Assembly: GCA_965223845.1 (NCBI GenBank)
Contig: CBDCXR010000004.1
Span: forward strand, 5,216,001-5,280,000
Reading direction: 5' to 3'
Length of the DNA: 64,000 nt
DNA from: Planctomycetota bacterium
Lineage (GTDB): Bacteria > Planctomycetota > UBA8108 > SXIK01
In this document: one piece after another, positions 1-9,291 of the stretch
Layout of the letters: the number at the start of each line of letters is the position of its first letter
Numbering within the stretch: the stretch's first letter is position 1
The notes under the pieces: generated by a model
What the model was told of the DNA's origin: nothing
Databases searched by the model: none
What the model saw: the letters and a program-made list of their open reading frames with translations, nothing else
Program-made: the position numbers and the translations under genes

Positions 1-1182
1 GAGCACGAGCGCTCTCTGGATCGCGTTCTCGAGCTCACGCACGTTTCCCGGCCAGTCGTAGGCCTCCAGCTCGAGGAGCGCGTCCTCGCCGAGACGCGGT
101 GGAATGCCTCCGTCTCGGCCTCTGAGCTTCGAGCCGTAGAGCCCGAGGAAATGTGCTGCGAGCGGCGCGATGTCGGCGCGTCGCTCTCGGAGCGGAGGGA
201 CCCGGAGCGTGACCACCGTGAGGCGGAAATAAAGATCCGCGTGAAACTCGTTCTGAGCGATGAGGTCCTTGAGGTCGCGGTTCGTTGCCGCTACGAGCCG
301 AAAGTCGACGGCGATGGGAGTCGTCGTGCCGAGTGGGGTGACGGTCCTCTCCTGGAGCACGCGCAGGAGCTTCTCCTGAAACGCCCGCGACATCAGCCCG
401 ATTTCGTCGAGGAAGACCGTTCCCCCGCGCGCCGACTCGAAGATCCCCTTGCGATCCATGTCGGCTCCCGTGAACGCCCCTTTGCGGTGGCCGAAGAGCT
501 CCGACTCGATGAGCGTATCCGGAAGCGCAGCGGCGTTGACGGCGAGGAACGGACGGTCTCGATTCGGGCTCTCCGCATGAAGCGCTCGAGCGATCTGCTC
601 CTTCCCCGTTCCGCTCTCTCCTTCGATCAGCACGGTCATCGGCGAAGCCGCGACCTCGCGGACGACACCGATCAGCTCGCGCATCTTGGTGTCCTCGGCG
701 ATGAGAGATTCGCCGTGATCCGTTCCGGAGCTCGCGGCGTTTCCGTTCGCCTGAACCATCCGCCGAACTCGCTCGTTGACGAGAGCTTCCTGGCCGTAGC
801 GACGCAGCGAGCGGAGGATTTCCTGGTTGTCGAAGGGCTTGGTGATGAAGTGAACCGCGCCCGCTTGGAGTGCGGTGACGGCCATGTTGATCGTGCCGAA
901 TCCAGTGATGAGGATCACGACGATCGTATCGTCGAGCCGTTTGATCTCCGCCAAGAGTTCCAGACCGGATCTTCCGGGCATCGTGATGTCGGAAACGACC
1001 AGGTGCGGCTTCTCTCGAGCGATCAGTTCGAGCGCCTCCTCGGCTGAAGCGGCAGTGTCGACGTCAGCCTCGAGAGACTTGGCGAGCATCTCCAGACCGA
1101 GGAGCACATCCGGCTCGTCGTCGACGATGAGGACACGGAGCTCTCCCTGCTTCCAGAGGGGTTCACGATCACGCTCCGACAT
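1..1182 (-). CDS. Sigma54-dependent response regulator (NtrC family; REC + AAA+), 3' end runs off the window
   Basis: Manually translated (absent from ORF track): [24 protein letters not shown]...VVSDITMP (receiver), GESGTGKE (Walker A), [20 protein letters not shown] (Walker B), [13 protein letters not shown] at 1182 overlaps the kinase end. Confidence 0.93.
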   Translation of the reverse strand, partial: MSERDREPLWKQGELRVLIVDDEPDVLLGLEMLAKSLEADVDTAASAEEALELIAREKPHLVVSDITMPGRSGLELLAEIKRLDDTIVVILITGFGTINMAVTALQAGAVHFITKPFDNQEILRSLRRYGQEALVNERVRRMVQANGNAASSGTDHGESLIAEDTKMRELIGVVREVAASPMTVLIEGESGTGKEQIARALHAESPNRDRPFLAVNAAALPDTLIESELFGHRKGAFTGADMDRKGIFESARGGTVFLDEIGLMSRAFQEKLLRVLQERTVTPLGTTTPIAVDFRLVAATNRDLKDLIAQNEFHADLYFRLTVVTLRVPPLRERRADIAPLAAHFLGLYGSKLRGRDGGIPPRLGEDALLELEAYDWPGNVRELENAIQRALVL

Positions 1183-3400
1183 CGACTCTCCCCAGCGATG
1201 GCGACTTGCTACTGATCTCGCTCGGGCGACCTCGTCCCCCGAGCGTCGACTGTCCGCTGCGAGGAATCTCCAACGAGAAGATGGTCTCGCCCGGATCGGA
1301 GACCTTCAGCACGAGCCGCCCGCCGTGGGCCTCGGCGATCCTCTTCGAGGTCGACAAGCCGAGTCCCGTTCCAGTTCCCGGCCGCTTCGTCGAGAAGAAC
1401 GGATCGAAGACTCTTCCGCGGATACTCTCCGGGACGCCCGGCCCGTCGTCGACGACCTCGATCGTGACTCGCTCCGCGTCCTGGTGTGCGCGGACGACGA
1501 CGCTGCCCGGCGTATCTCCTGCGGCCTGAACGGCGTTCATCACGAGGTTGACCAGCACCTGCCTGATTTGGAGCTCGTCACCGCGAAGGACGATCGGCTC
1601 CTCTGGAGTCTCGATCTCGAACTGCTTCGTCTTGCGTTCGATCAGAGGACGGAGAAACTCAGCCACCTCGAGAAGTAGGTCCGCGACCTCGATCTCGCTG
1701 ATCTCAGGCGCGGGATATGCGGACATCTCGAGGAGATTCGAGACGGTTCGCCGGCAGGCCTCGGCGTTCCGCAGAATCACATCCGCGTGCTTCTTCAGAT
1801 CGGCACTCTGACCGCGACCGGAGCCGTTCTCGAGCGCTTCGGAAATCATCTGGCTGAACATGACGATCGCGGCCAGCGGATTGTTCACCTCGTGCGCGAC
1901 GACGGCGGCGAGCTCGCCGACCACATGGATGCGCTCCTGGTGCGCCTGCCGCTGCGCCGCTTCCACCCGCTCGGTGACATCGCGGCTGACGTAGACTCCT
2001 TCGGGCGGATGTCCGACGCGAGTCGGCAGCGGAGTCACGTGGATCTCGTAGACGCGGTCGTTCGACCGAATCATGCACGATCCGGGCAGAGCTTTTTCGC
2101 GCGCCAGGCAGGTGAGACAGTTGCTGTTCTCGGCGTCGAGATGCGTACAGAGCAGTCGCTCCCGAGTCGATCCCGACTCGTTGAGTCGATCGACCAGCGT
2201 ATGGCCGGCAGCGTTTGAGAACGTCACCTCGCCCGCGTTGTTCATGATGAAGAGACCGTCTTGCATCGAGCGGATGAGGACCTCGAGGCGATCGCGTTCG
2301 AACCGGACGAGCGACTGCTGGCGTTCGAGCTTCAGCGCGGAGTCTTTTAGTCGTTTGGAGCGCTCGGCGACGGCTTTGGCCATAACATTGAAGGCTCGCG
2401 ACAAATCTCCGATCTCGTCGTTCGAGCGTGTGTCGGGAACGCGAACCGTCTCGTCCCCGGCCGTCATCTTCTGGGCGGCTTGCCGCAGCTGGAGCAGCGG
2501 GCGCAGAAGGAAGCGGGCGGGGAAGAACAGAAAGGCCAAGCTGACCGCCAGGAGAGTTGCGCAGATCGTGAGGAAGCGCCTCGTCAGCGTCGTGATCGGG
2601 GCAATCGCGGCGAGCCGATCCATGGTTACGTCGAGCGTCCATCCCGCGAGACCGAGCGGGAGCTCGTGCCGGATGAGAGGACGCTCCGCGCGCTCGGGTG
2701 CCGTCGTCTCGGCGGAACCGATGATCGGCACCGTGTGTCCACCCGGATCGTGCAAGAGCAGGGAGCGTTGATCGAGTCCGTCTCGCGGTCCGAGGAGCGG
2801 CGTGCTCGCAATTCCCTCCAGCCACCGATCGAGGTCGAGGACGATCTGGAGGTGTCCGATCTCTCCTTGACCGTCGAGCGTCCTGAGCGTCGTCGTGACC
2901 GTGCAGGCTCGGAAATCGCGTTCGGGTTCGACCGGCAGCACCGAGCTGACCGTCGTCGTTTTGATGGGCGCGAACGCGACCTCGGGGTAGGAGTCATCGA
3001 CGCGAACGAGCCATCTACCGTCGAGACCGATCACGGCGGCGTTAGCGAAGGACGGAACCAGGTTCAGCTTGTTCTCGTCGAGGTGGCGACGCAAACGACG
3101 CTCGATCTCGCTGCGGGCCGCGTCGTCCTCGGCTGCGGCCAGAGCCTCTGTCTGAACACGGATGAAGCCGTCGGAGGCGAAGTCCTCGATTCGTCGAGCG
3201 ACGAGATCGAACCCGGCGTCCACGGCTTGTTTCGCCAGAAGAGCTTGCGTCTCGAGCTCGCGGCGTATGCGTTCCTCGAGAGCCTGTCGCGTGTCCGTCG
3301 TCACGAGGTAGCCGCCGATGCCAAACGCAGTCACGTACAGGACCGAGAAAGCCAGCGGCAGCTTGTACTTGATCGGTACCCAGTGAAGGGGATCACGCAT
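1169..3400 (-). CDS. Membrane sensor histidine kinase (2 TM, extracytoplasmic sensor, HAMP, Cys-rich PAS-like, HisKA, HATPase)
   Basis: HAMP (RPLLQL...NDEIGDLSRAFNVM), H-box VAHEVNNPL, N-box QVLVNLVMNA, DDGPG, FDPFFSTK, GTGLGL. Confidence 0.92.
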   Translation of the reverse strand: MRDPLHWVPIKYKLPLAFSVLYVTAFGIGGYLVTTDTRQALEERIRRELETQALLAKQAVDAGFDLVARRIEDFASDGFIRVQTEALAAAEDDAARSEIERRLRRHLDENKLNLVPSFANAAVIGLDGRWLVRVDDSYPEVAFAPIKTTTVSSVLPVEPERDFRACTVTTTLRTLDGQGEIGHLQIVLDLDRWLEGIASTPLLGPRDGLDQRSLLLHDPGGHTVPIIGSAETTAPERAERPLIRHELPLGLAGWTLDVTMDRLAAIAPITTLTRRFLTICATLLAVSLAFLFFPARFLLRPLLQLRQAAQKMTAGDETVRVPDTRSNDEIGDLSRAFNVMAKAVAERSKRLKDSALKLERQQSLVRFERDRLEVLIRSMQDGLFIMNNAGEVTFSNAAGHTLVDRLNESGSTRERLLCTHLDAENSNCLTCLAREKALPGSCMIRSNDRVYEIHVTPLPTRVGHPPEGVYVSRDVTERVEAAQRQAHQERIHVVGELAAVVAHEVNNPLAAIVMFSQMISEALENGSGRGQSADLKKHADVILRNAEACRRTVSNLLEMSAYPAPEISEIEVADLLLEVAEFLRPLIERKTKQFEIETPEEPIVLRGDELQIRQVLVNLVMNAVQAAGDTPGSVVVRAHQDAERVTIEVVDDGPGVPESIRGRVFDPFFSTKRPGTGTGLGLSTSKRIAEAHGGRLVLKVSDPGETIFSLEIPRSGQSTLGGRGRPSEISSKSPSLGRVDVGA

Positions 3401-3435
3401 GTTCGAGACTCAGATCTCGGCCGGCGCAACGCGCG

Positions 3436-3459
3436 GATTCACACGAAGGAAGAAGACCG
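3436..3459. repeat. Partial (left-arm) copy of the CGAAG-unit inverted-repeat family
   Basis: gattcacacgaaggaagaagaccg matches the outer end of the arms at 6731 and 18246, then diverges. Confidence 0.45.
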
Positions 3460-3471
3460 TTCGACGCGTGG

Positions 3472-4188
3472 TCAAGACCCTCGTTCGTACGCGGCGCGAG
3501 CTCGCGGGTGCAGGATGTTGTTCTCGAGGTGGATGTGTAATTGAAGATCGCGGCCCAGCTCGGCGAGTCCGGCGTAGAGAGAGCGGTACGCATCGGATGC
3601 CTCTTCCGGGGCGCGGAAGTCGTTGGTGAGCTGACGCAGCTTCCGAAACGAATCACGTGCCTGATCGTGCTCCTCCTCCATCACCCGCATCGGCGACTCG
3701 GGAATCTCGTGACCTTTCTCGGGCTCGGCTTCTATCTGGCGGAGGCGTGGAAACAGAATCTGCTCCTCCTTCTGCAGGTGCTCTCCCAGTTCCGTGAAGA
3801 GAGGCGCGACGATCTTCGCGACCTCGTGGAGCTCCGGTCGCCGGTCGCCGAACTTTTGGATGACCTCTCTCAAGAGATTCCACAGTGCCGGGAGTGCGTT
3901 CTTCGTGAACGCGTGATGCGTCGCGACGATGTGATCCAGCAGAGCCCCGATGGGTTCCGTGGTCCAGTTCGGCTCGACCGGGCCGGTCGGCAGGGCGAGC
4001 AACTCTCCCAAGACTTCGTCCAGGTGAACCCCGGCGCGGTCGACAGCTGCCGCGAGCGGTGTCGGCTCGGAGCCGCAAAAATCGATCCACAGGCGCTGGA
4101 AGACGGGAATGGCGGCGGGCTGTCGGAGGGCGATCGTGGCGGTGGGTGTATCGGGATGGATCGCGCCGTCGCCGGTCGGTAGGGACAT
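3472..4188 (-). CDS. ric: Iron-sulfur cluster repair di-iron protein (Ric/YtfE/ScdA/DnrN family)
   Basis: ScdA-N-like IDFCGSE (variant of IDFCCGG); hemerythrin ligand motifs HH, EHLQKEEQILFP, MEEEHD, HIHLENNIL. Start placed at ATG 4188. Confidence 0.88.
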   Translation of the reverse strand: MSLPTGDGAIHPDTPTATIALRQPAAIPVFQRLWIDFCGSEPTPLAAAVDRAGVHLDEVLGELLALPTGPVEPNWTTEPIGALLDHIVATHHAFTKNALPALWNLLREVIQKFGDRRPELHEVAKIVAPLFTELGEHLQKEEQILFPRLRQIEAEPEKGHEIPESPMRVMEEEHDQARDSFRKLRQLTNDFRAPEEASDAYRSLYAGLAELGRDLQLHIHLENNILHPRARAAYERGS

Positions 4189-4931
4189 GGATGGTTCCTC
4201 TAAGGCCGCTGAATCGAATCGTGGACGAGCACCGTGGCGACGAAACGTCACCGTGCGCGGACGGGTCGAGAGTGATTTGCCAGCTCGTCGACGGTCTGGG
4301 AGCCGGCGCAGGAATCGAATTCGGCCGGAATACGGTCCGCTCGGGCAGCCTCCGGAATCGCCTGGCGAGGATTTAGGCCGGTCGAAGCCGTGTTGGCTGG
4401 CGCATTCGCCGCGAGAACATCGGTGGCGCCGATCATGTTACGTGCGGCCGGAGTAAGACGGATGAGCATTTCGGTCCGACTCTCGAACTCTCACCCGGAT
4501 TCGTCTACCGCGATCTCGACAGCGGATGAATTGGGGAATTGCTCATCCTTTCGCGAGTTTTTTCGCACCGGCCCCTCCAGCCCGCATGCGCGCGGAAGGC
4601 CCGCTTCGGACGCTTGGCGGCTCCCAACTCTCTCAACCAGCGCTGCGCCGTGAGGGGACGACCGGGCCTCGCGACGCTCGGAAGGATTCAGGTCGAGCTC
4701 GTCGACGAGCACGTCTGCGGCGTCTGAACGTCCTCGCGTGATGTCGCGATTCTACCGCGATTCGAAACCGCGCCTCGGGGCCGAGCATCCGCTTCTCGCC
4801 GCGATCATCGTCTTCGGTGTGTAGGGCGTCCGGCGGCTCAAACAACCGATGGAGATGCGCAGGTCGGCGATGTAAGGTCGCTCCGATGTCTCCCGGTCCA
4901 TTTCATCAACGCCTGCGAGAATCGAACCCCG

Positions 4932-5249
4932 ATGTCGAATCCTCCGAAATTCTACGAGCAGATGAAGGCCCAGCATCCCGAGGTGTTCACCGCGTACGAG
5001 GCGCTCGCTGACGTCGCGCGGAGCGCCGGGCCGCTCGATCCGAAGACAGCGGCGATGGTAAAGCTCGCGATCAGTCTCGGCGCCGGTCTCGAAGGCGCCG
5101 TGCATTCGAGCGTCCGCAAAGCGCTCGCGGCCGGCTGCACTGCGGACGAGCTGCGTCATGTCGTGATGTTAGGCGTGACCACGATCGGCTTCCCTTCGAC
5201 CATGCGCGCACGCGCATGGACGGAAGACGTGCTGGGCGCCGGGAGCTGA
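4932..5249 (+). CDS. Carboxymuconolactone decarboxylase (CMD/AhpD-like) family protein
   Basis: GPLDPKT...LAIS...AVHSSVRKALAAG...ELRHV...TTIGFP; typical 105-aa CMD protein lacking CxxC. Confidence 0.85.
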   Translation: MSNPPKFYEQMKAQHPEVFTAYEALADVARSAGPLDPKTAAMVKLAISLGAGLEGAVHSSVRKALAAGCTADELRHVVMLGVTTIGFPSTMRARAWTEDVLGAGS

Positions 5250-5326
5250 TCGGCAGGCTCCAGGTGTGTGGAGGCGCTTCGAGTGCGCCCCTTCGCCGAA
5301 GGCTCGAGTGCACTCGGAAAACTCGT

Positions 5327-5357
5327 TTGACTCTCCCCTTACTGGAGACCCTAGGGT
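5327..5357 (+). promoter_or_regulatory. MerR-type sigma70 promoter/operator with 19-bp spacer
   Basis: TTGACT (5327-5332), a 19-nt spacer, then TAGGGT (5352-5357); dyad TCTCC...GGAGA between the hexamers; directly upstream of the MerR gene. Confidence 0.75.
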
Positions 5358-5403
5358 CCCCCACCTGTCCTGGTTTTCAGGTTGTCAAGGGATCCCAGAG
5401 TCG

Positions 5404-6222
5404 ATGAAGTACTCGATCGGCGAGTTCTCCCGCATCAGCCGCCTGACCGTCAAGACGCTCCGCTTCTATCACGAGAAGGGGCTGCTGGTCCCAGCGACGG
5501 TCGATCGTGAATCCGGCTATCGTTACTACGACGACGAGAACTTACGAACGGCGCGTACGATCGTCACCCTCCGGGACCTCGAGTTCTCCCTCGCGGACAT
5601 CACGGAGATCCTCTCTTCCACTGATCGCGACGTCGATATCGTTCGCCATCTCGAGCGACGAAGAGAATCCGTGCGGGAGAGCGTCACCCACTACCGCGAC
5701 TTGGCGAAACGCATCGAGCAGGTGATCGCCATGGAACGCGAAGCACGGGAGGTCGAAGACATGCGCCCAAGTTTGATGACGATCGACGATCGCACGATCG
5801 AGCCGATTCTCGTCGCCGGATTGCGAATGAAGGGGAGATACCGAGACTGCGGCGAAGGGTTTTCGCGGCTCGCGAAACTCGTCGGTCGCTACATCTCCGG
5901 CAAGCCGATGCTACTCTGCTACGATGACGAGTACCGAGAAGATGACGCGGACTTCGAGCCGTGCTTCCCAATCCGTCGGAAGATCACCGCCGAGGGAGTC
6001 GACGTTCGCCAGCTTCCCGGTCGGCGCTGCATGACGCTCCATCACCGCGGGCCGTACGATTCGATCGGGGAAGCCTACGCACGGGCACATGCGCACGCGA
6101 AAGCTCGCGGCTACGCGTTCAGCCTCCCGTCGCGCGAAGTGTACCTGAAGGGCCCGGGACTCCTCTGGAAGGGAAATCCAAAGCGGTACCTCACCGAGAT
6201 TCAGCTGCCCATCGAGGAGTGA
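5404..6222 (+). CDS. MerR-family transcriptional regulator with GyrI-like effector-binding domain (BmrR-like)
   Basis: MKYSIGEFSRISRLTVKTLRFYHEKGLL..P..VD..SGYRYY HTH; C-terminal HRGPYD...SREVY...TEIQLP. True start at ATG 5404 rather than 5266. Confidence 0.93.
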   Translation: MKYSIGEFSRISRLTVKTLRFYHEKGLLVPATVDRESGYRYYDDENLRTARTIVTLRDLEFSLADITEILSSTDRDVDIVRHLERRRESVRESVTHYRDLAKRIEQVIAMEREAREVEDMRPSLMTIDDRTIEPILVAGLRMKGRYRDCGEGFSRLAKLVGRYISGKPMLLCYDDEYREDDADFEPCFPIRRKITAEGVDVRQLPGRRCMTLHHRGPYDSIGEAYARAHAHAKARGYAFSLPSREVYLKGPGLLWKGNPKRYLTEIQLPIEE

Positions 6223-6225
6223 CCC

Positions 6226-6708
6226 ATGGCCGTCAAAAAGAAAACCTGGCGTGAGAAGCTCGAGGACGACAAAGATCTGCCGAAGGTCGAAAAGATCACG
6301 GGCAAGATGACGAAACGATGGGGCCGCGGTACGGTCGTGATCCCGGCCCCGCGCGAAGTCGACGCCGCAATGCGCAAAGTGCGCCGAGGGAAGCTCGTCA
6401 CCGTCGATCTCCTTCGCGAGGCGCTTGCGACGAAGCACGGCGCGACGATCGCCTGTCCGCTCACGACCGGAATCTTCGCTTGGATTTCCGCCAACGCCGC
6501 CGACGAAGCCGAAAGCGCAGGGAAGAAGCGCATCACACCCTATTGGCGAACGCTCAAGACGGGCGGGCAGCTCAATCCCAAATACCCCGGTGGCGAAAAG
6601 AACGTCGCCGCGCGCCTCCGAGAAGAGGGGCACACCGTCGTCAAAAAGGGGAAACGCTACGTCGTCAAAGACTTCGAGTGCTCGCTCGCGCGAGTGCGAC
6701 TCGATTGA
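6226..6708 (+). CDS. MGMT/ATL-like DNA-binding protein without the catalytic PCHR cysteine
   Basis: VRRGKLVT...PYWR...G.LNPKYPGG...RLREEG pattern of the methylated-DNA-binding (MGMT C-terminal) fold; starts 3 nt after the MerR stop. Confidence 0.7.
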   Translation: MAVKKKTWREKLEDDKDLPKVEKITGKMTKRWGRGTVVIPAPREVDAAMRKVRRGKLVTVDLLREALATKHGATIACPLTTGIFAWISANAADEAESAGKKRITPYWRTLKTGGQLNPKYPGGEKNVAARLREEGHTVVKKGKRYVVKDFECSLARVRLD

Positions 6709-6730
6709 AACGCGGCCGTCTCGGAGCGCG

Positions 6731-6938
6731 GATTTCACACGAAGAGCGCGAAGGACCGCGAAGACGGACGAAGGAAGAGGGAGAGGGAGGGATGTGAATC
6801 AAAACCCGTGGTGAGAGGACGGTTCTCGCGAGCGGGAGCGGAATGGACGAACGCCGAGCGTTGGAACACTCCAGCACATTCTCCAAGTTGTTTCTCTTCG
6901 TCTGTCTTCGCGGTCCTTCGCGCTCTTCGTGTGAAATC
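6731..6938. repeat. Inverted-repeat element copy 1 (43-bp arms, ~122-bp spacer)
   Basis: Arm 6731-6773 gatttcacacgaagagcgcgaaggaccgcgaagacggacgaag vs reverse complement of 6896-6938: 42/43 identical. Lies between convergent genes. Confidence 0.9.
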
Positions 6939-7039
6939 TCTCTTCAAGAATCATCAAGCAAAACGCCCCCGCCGCCGAGCCAAACGGACTCGGAGGCGGG
7001 GGCGATTCGCGATGAAGAGCGAACGCTCGACCTAGCCGA

Positions 7040-8947
7040 TCACTCGCAGGTCGCGCGACAACCGTCGCCTGGAAGTGGAACGCACTCCGCGATCGGACCG
7101 GGCCCGTCGCCGAAGAGGTGCGTCGCAAGACCCACCACGTCGACGATGTTGAATCCCCCGTCGCGGTTCACGTCGAGTACCTGCGTCGTTCCGTCGGTCG
7201 ACTCGCACGGAGCCAAGGCGTCCGAAAGCAACAGGAATCCCGGGAACAAGTTCGCCACCATGCACGTCACGTCGGCGATGGTGTTGCGACCGTTTCCGTC
7301 GCAGTCTCCCGAGCTGATCGGAGTCAGCGACGACGCATCCGCGCCGAAGCGAACGCGGATATTGTCGAAATCGTAGTTGTCCGCAGCGCCTCCCGTCCGG
7401 GCGGCGACTCCCACCCGAACTGGATTCATGATCTGAAGGTCCGGCACGAGGCCCGAGAGGCCGTGCACGCTTCCGTCCGTTCCGTCCACGATCCGGAACG
7501 CGACTTCCGTGCCGCCATCGGTCTGAACGAATCGCACGAAGCACTCGTTGAACACCCCGTTCACGAGATCGATCTCCGTTTCGCGGTCGAATCGCTGGGC
7601 GACGATGACGCTCCCGTTCCAGTTGAGCGAGACGTGGTTCCCCACGTTCGGCTCCGGGTTCGCGACCCCTTCCGTGTCGCCCGTCGTGTCGTTGCTGAAC
7701 GTGTCGAAGCCGACACCGATCGTCCCCGCGAGGTTCGGCTCTTCCCAAGGAACGAAATCCATGAACTGGTCGCCGCCCGTATCGCCCCACATCGTCGTAT
7801 CGAAGAGAAGAAACGACCCGCCGTCGGCGCGGCCCGCCGCACCTCCGTCGAGACCGCGGTACTGAAACCGCGCTTCGATGATCGCCGTGTCGTCCGACGT
7901 CTTGTCGAACACGCACAGGTTGCTCTGGCTGCCTACTTCCGGAGCCGCTCTCAGGAAAGCGTCCGCCTCGGTCGGCTCGGTCGGAACAAACGGGGTGTTC
8001 GGCTGGATCGACGGACCGGGACCGCTCGAAAGCTGGACGAGCGAGAACGGAGTTCCGCCTACCAATGTCGGCGGCGTCGCCGGCGTTATGTCGACCGGAT
8101 CTTCGAACGTCTCGACAAGGGTCGCCGCTATGGGCAGCTCGTTTCCTACCCCTGCGAGTATGTTGTCGAGATCCTGGTTCGCATTCGCGCCGCCGGTTCG
8201 GCCGTGGAAGGCGAGCCGAAATTCGTACGGGGTGAGGCCGGGGACGGGTACGTCGAGGATCGGTGCGATCGCACTTCCGCCGCCCACGATATTGACCGTC
8301 ACCAACGGATCTCCATCGCCGAACTGAACAAAAATATTGGCGACAAAAACCGTGGCGGGATCTGCCGTTTCAAAGAGTGGAATATCAGTGTCGGCGATCG
8401 AGACGTGCTCGAGAAGTTGACCGTCGTAGTGGAGCGACACCGAGTTGGGCTCACTCGCATTCAGGTCCGGCTCGTCCGTACCCGCGTTGTTGAACGTGTC
8501 GAAGCCCACTCCGAGGGAGCCGGCGAGGTTCGGTTCCTCGGAGAACCCTGGCGCCGGATTCGTCGCATCCGCACCGTGAATCGCCGTATCGAGAAGCGCG
8601 ACGCCGAATCCGTCCGCACCGCCGGGACCGTTGTCGATGCGGAATTCGAACGCCGCGGCGGCGTACGTATTCCCCGTCATGTCGATCGCCTGGTTGAACG
8701 ACAGGCTGTTGCTCTGGCTGTTCACCGCCTCGGTGAGGCGACAAAAGTTGCCGTCCCAGCCGCCCGGATCGATCGACGGACCGGGATCCGACCCGAACTG
8801 ATCGAGACGCAGTCGAGGCGGGTCGGCTGGGGGATGGAACACCGACGTGAAATTCTGCTCGGTATCGGCAGCAGAGACGGGTGCTGCGGTCGCCGACAGA
8901 AGCGCGAGACTTCCGAGCGTAGCAGCGACGAGGAAACGCGAACGCAT
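7040..8947 (-). CDS. Secreted protein with two L-type (legume/ConA-like) lectin domains and a C-terminal dockerin-like Ca-binding domain
   Basis: Signal peptide MRSRFLVAA... after GAAGGAGG RBS; duplicated ADG(F/G)...EEPNLAG(S/T)(L/I)GVGFDTF.N...N.VSL; C-terminal GDCDGNGRNTIADV and DVNRDGGFNIVDV. Confidence 0.75.
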   Translation of the reverse strand: MRSRFLVAATLGSLALLSATAAPVSAADTEQNFTSVFHPPADPPRLRLDQFGSDPGPSIDPGGWDGNFCRLTEAVNSQSNSLSFNQAIDMTGNTYAAAAFEFRIDNGPGGADGFGVALLDTAIHGADATNPAPGFSEEPNLAGSLGVGFDTFNNAGTDEPDLNASEPNSVSLHYDGQLLEHVSIADTDIPLFETADPATVFVANIFVQFGDGDPLVTVNIVGGGSAIAPILDVPVPGLTPYEFRLAFHGRTGGANANQDLDNILAGVGNELPIAATLVETFEDPVDITPATPPTLVGGTPFSLVQLSSGPGPSIQPNTPFVPTEPTEADAFLRAAPEVGSQSNLCVFDKTSDDTAIIEARFQYRGLDGGAAGRADGGSFLLFDTTMWGDTGGDQFMDFVPWEEPNLAGTIGVGFDTFSNDTTGDTEGVANPEPNVGNHVSLNWNGSVIVAQRFDRETEIDLVNGVFNECFVRFVQTDGGTEVAFRIVDGTDGSVHGLSGLVPDLQIMNPVRVGVAARTGGAADNYDFDNIRVRFGADASSLTPISSGDCDGNGRNTIADVTCMVANLFPGFLLLSDALAPCESTDGTTQVLDVNRDGGFNIVDVVGLATHLFGDGPGPIAECVPLPGDGCRATCE

Positions 8948-9179
8948 GAGACCCTCCTTCTCCCTCGAGGGATGCGGCCACACGGCGGTTCCGGATTCCT
9001 CGAGCTAGATCAACAGCGCCTCCGACTCGTCGAAACGAGCGGAGCGGACACACCCCGGCACATCAGCCCAACCCTACACGGAATTCAGTATAGAGATTTT
9101 GACCGCCGCCAGATACGGCGTTGTCGGAATCGGGGGGTAGTCCGGCGAGGGCTCCCGAACAAGAGGCGAATGCGACATC

Positions 9180-9223
9180 GGGGGTGATCGCCCCCCAACA
9201 AGCGTGAACTCGAATGTTCACGC
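9180..9223 (-). terminator. Two adjacent stem-loops downstream of the kinase gene (possible terminator)
   Basis: GCGTGAAC-N6-GTTCACGC (9202-9223) followed on the minus strand by TTGTT; second hairpin GGGGG-N6-CCCCC at 9180-9195. Confidence 0.4.
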
Positions 9224-9291
9224 GCTTCCCGAGTCCGTCGTTTCGGCTCCTTCGGGAACGGGAACGTGTACGGGGAAGAAAGCCAAGACGC

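Noticed and set aside
151-1047. 298-aa plus-strand ORF
   Set aside because: Antisense shadow of the NtrC-type gene, whose motifs are clear on the minus strand.
4397-4413. GG-N10-GC sigma54-like site (CTGGCGCATTCGCCGCG)
   Set aside because: Poor -12 element, faces away from ric, and is likely by chance at this GC content.
6731-6938. CRISPR interpretation of the repeats
   Set aside because: Repeats are inverted and dispersed, with no regular repeat-spacer array and no cas genes.
6665-6947. Small ORFs reading FTRRARRTAKT / VLRALRV (also near 18250-18510)
   Set aside because: Translations of the CGAAG inverted-repeat arms, not proteins.
7118-9187. Long antisense ORFs (also 9214-10692, 13086-14744, 16334-18253, 35305-36651, 49048-50526, 52372-53955)
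   Set aside because: They mirror well-supported genes on the opposite strand; expected in high-GC DNA, with no recognisable motifs.
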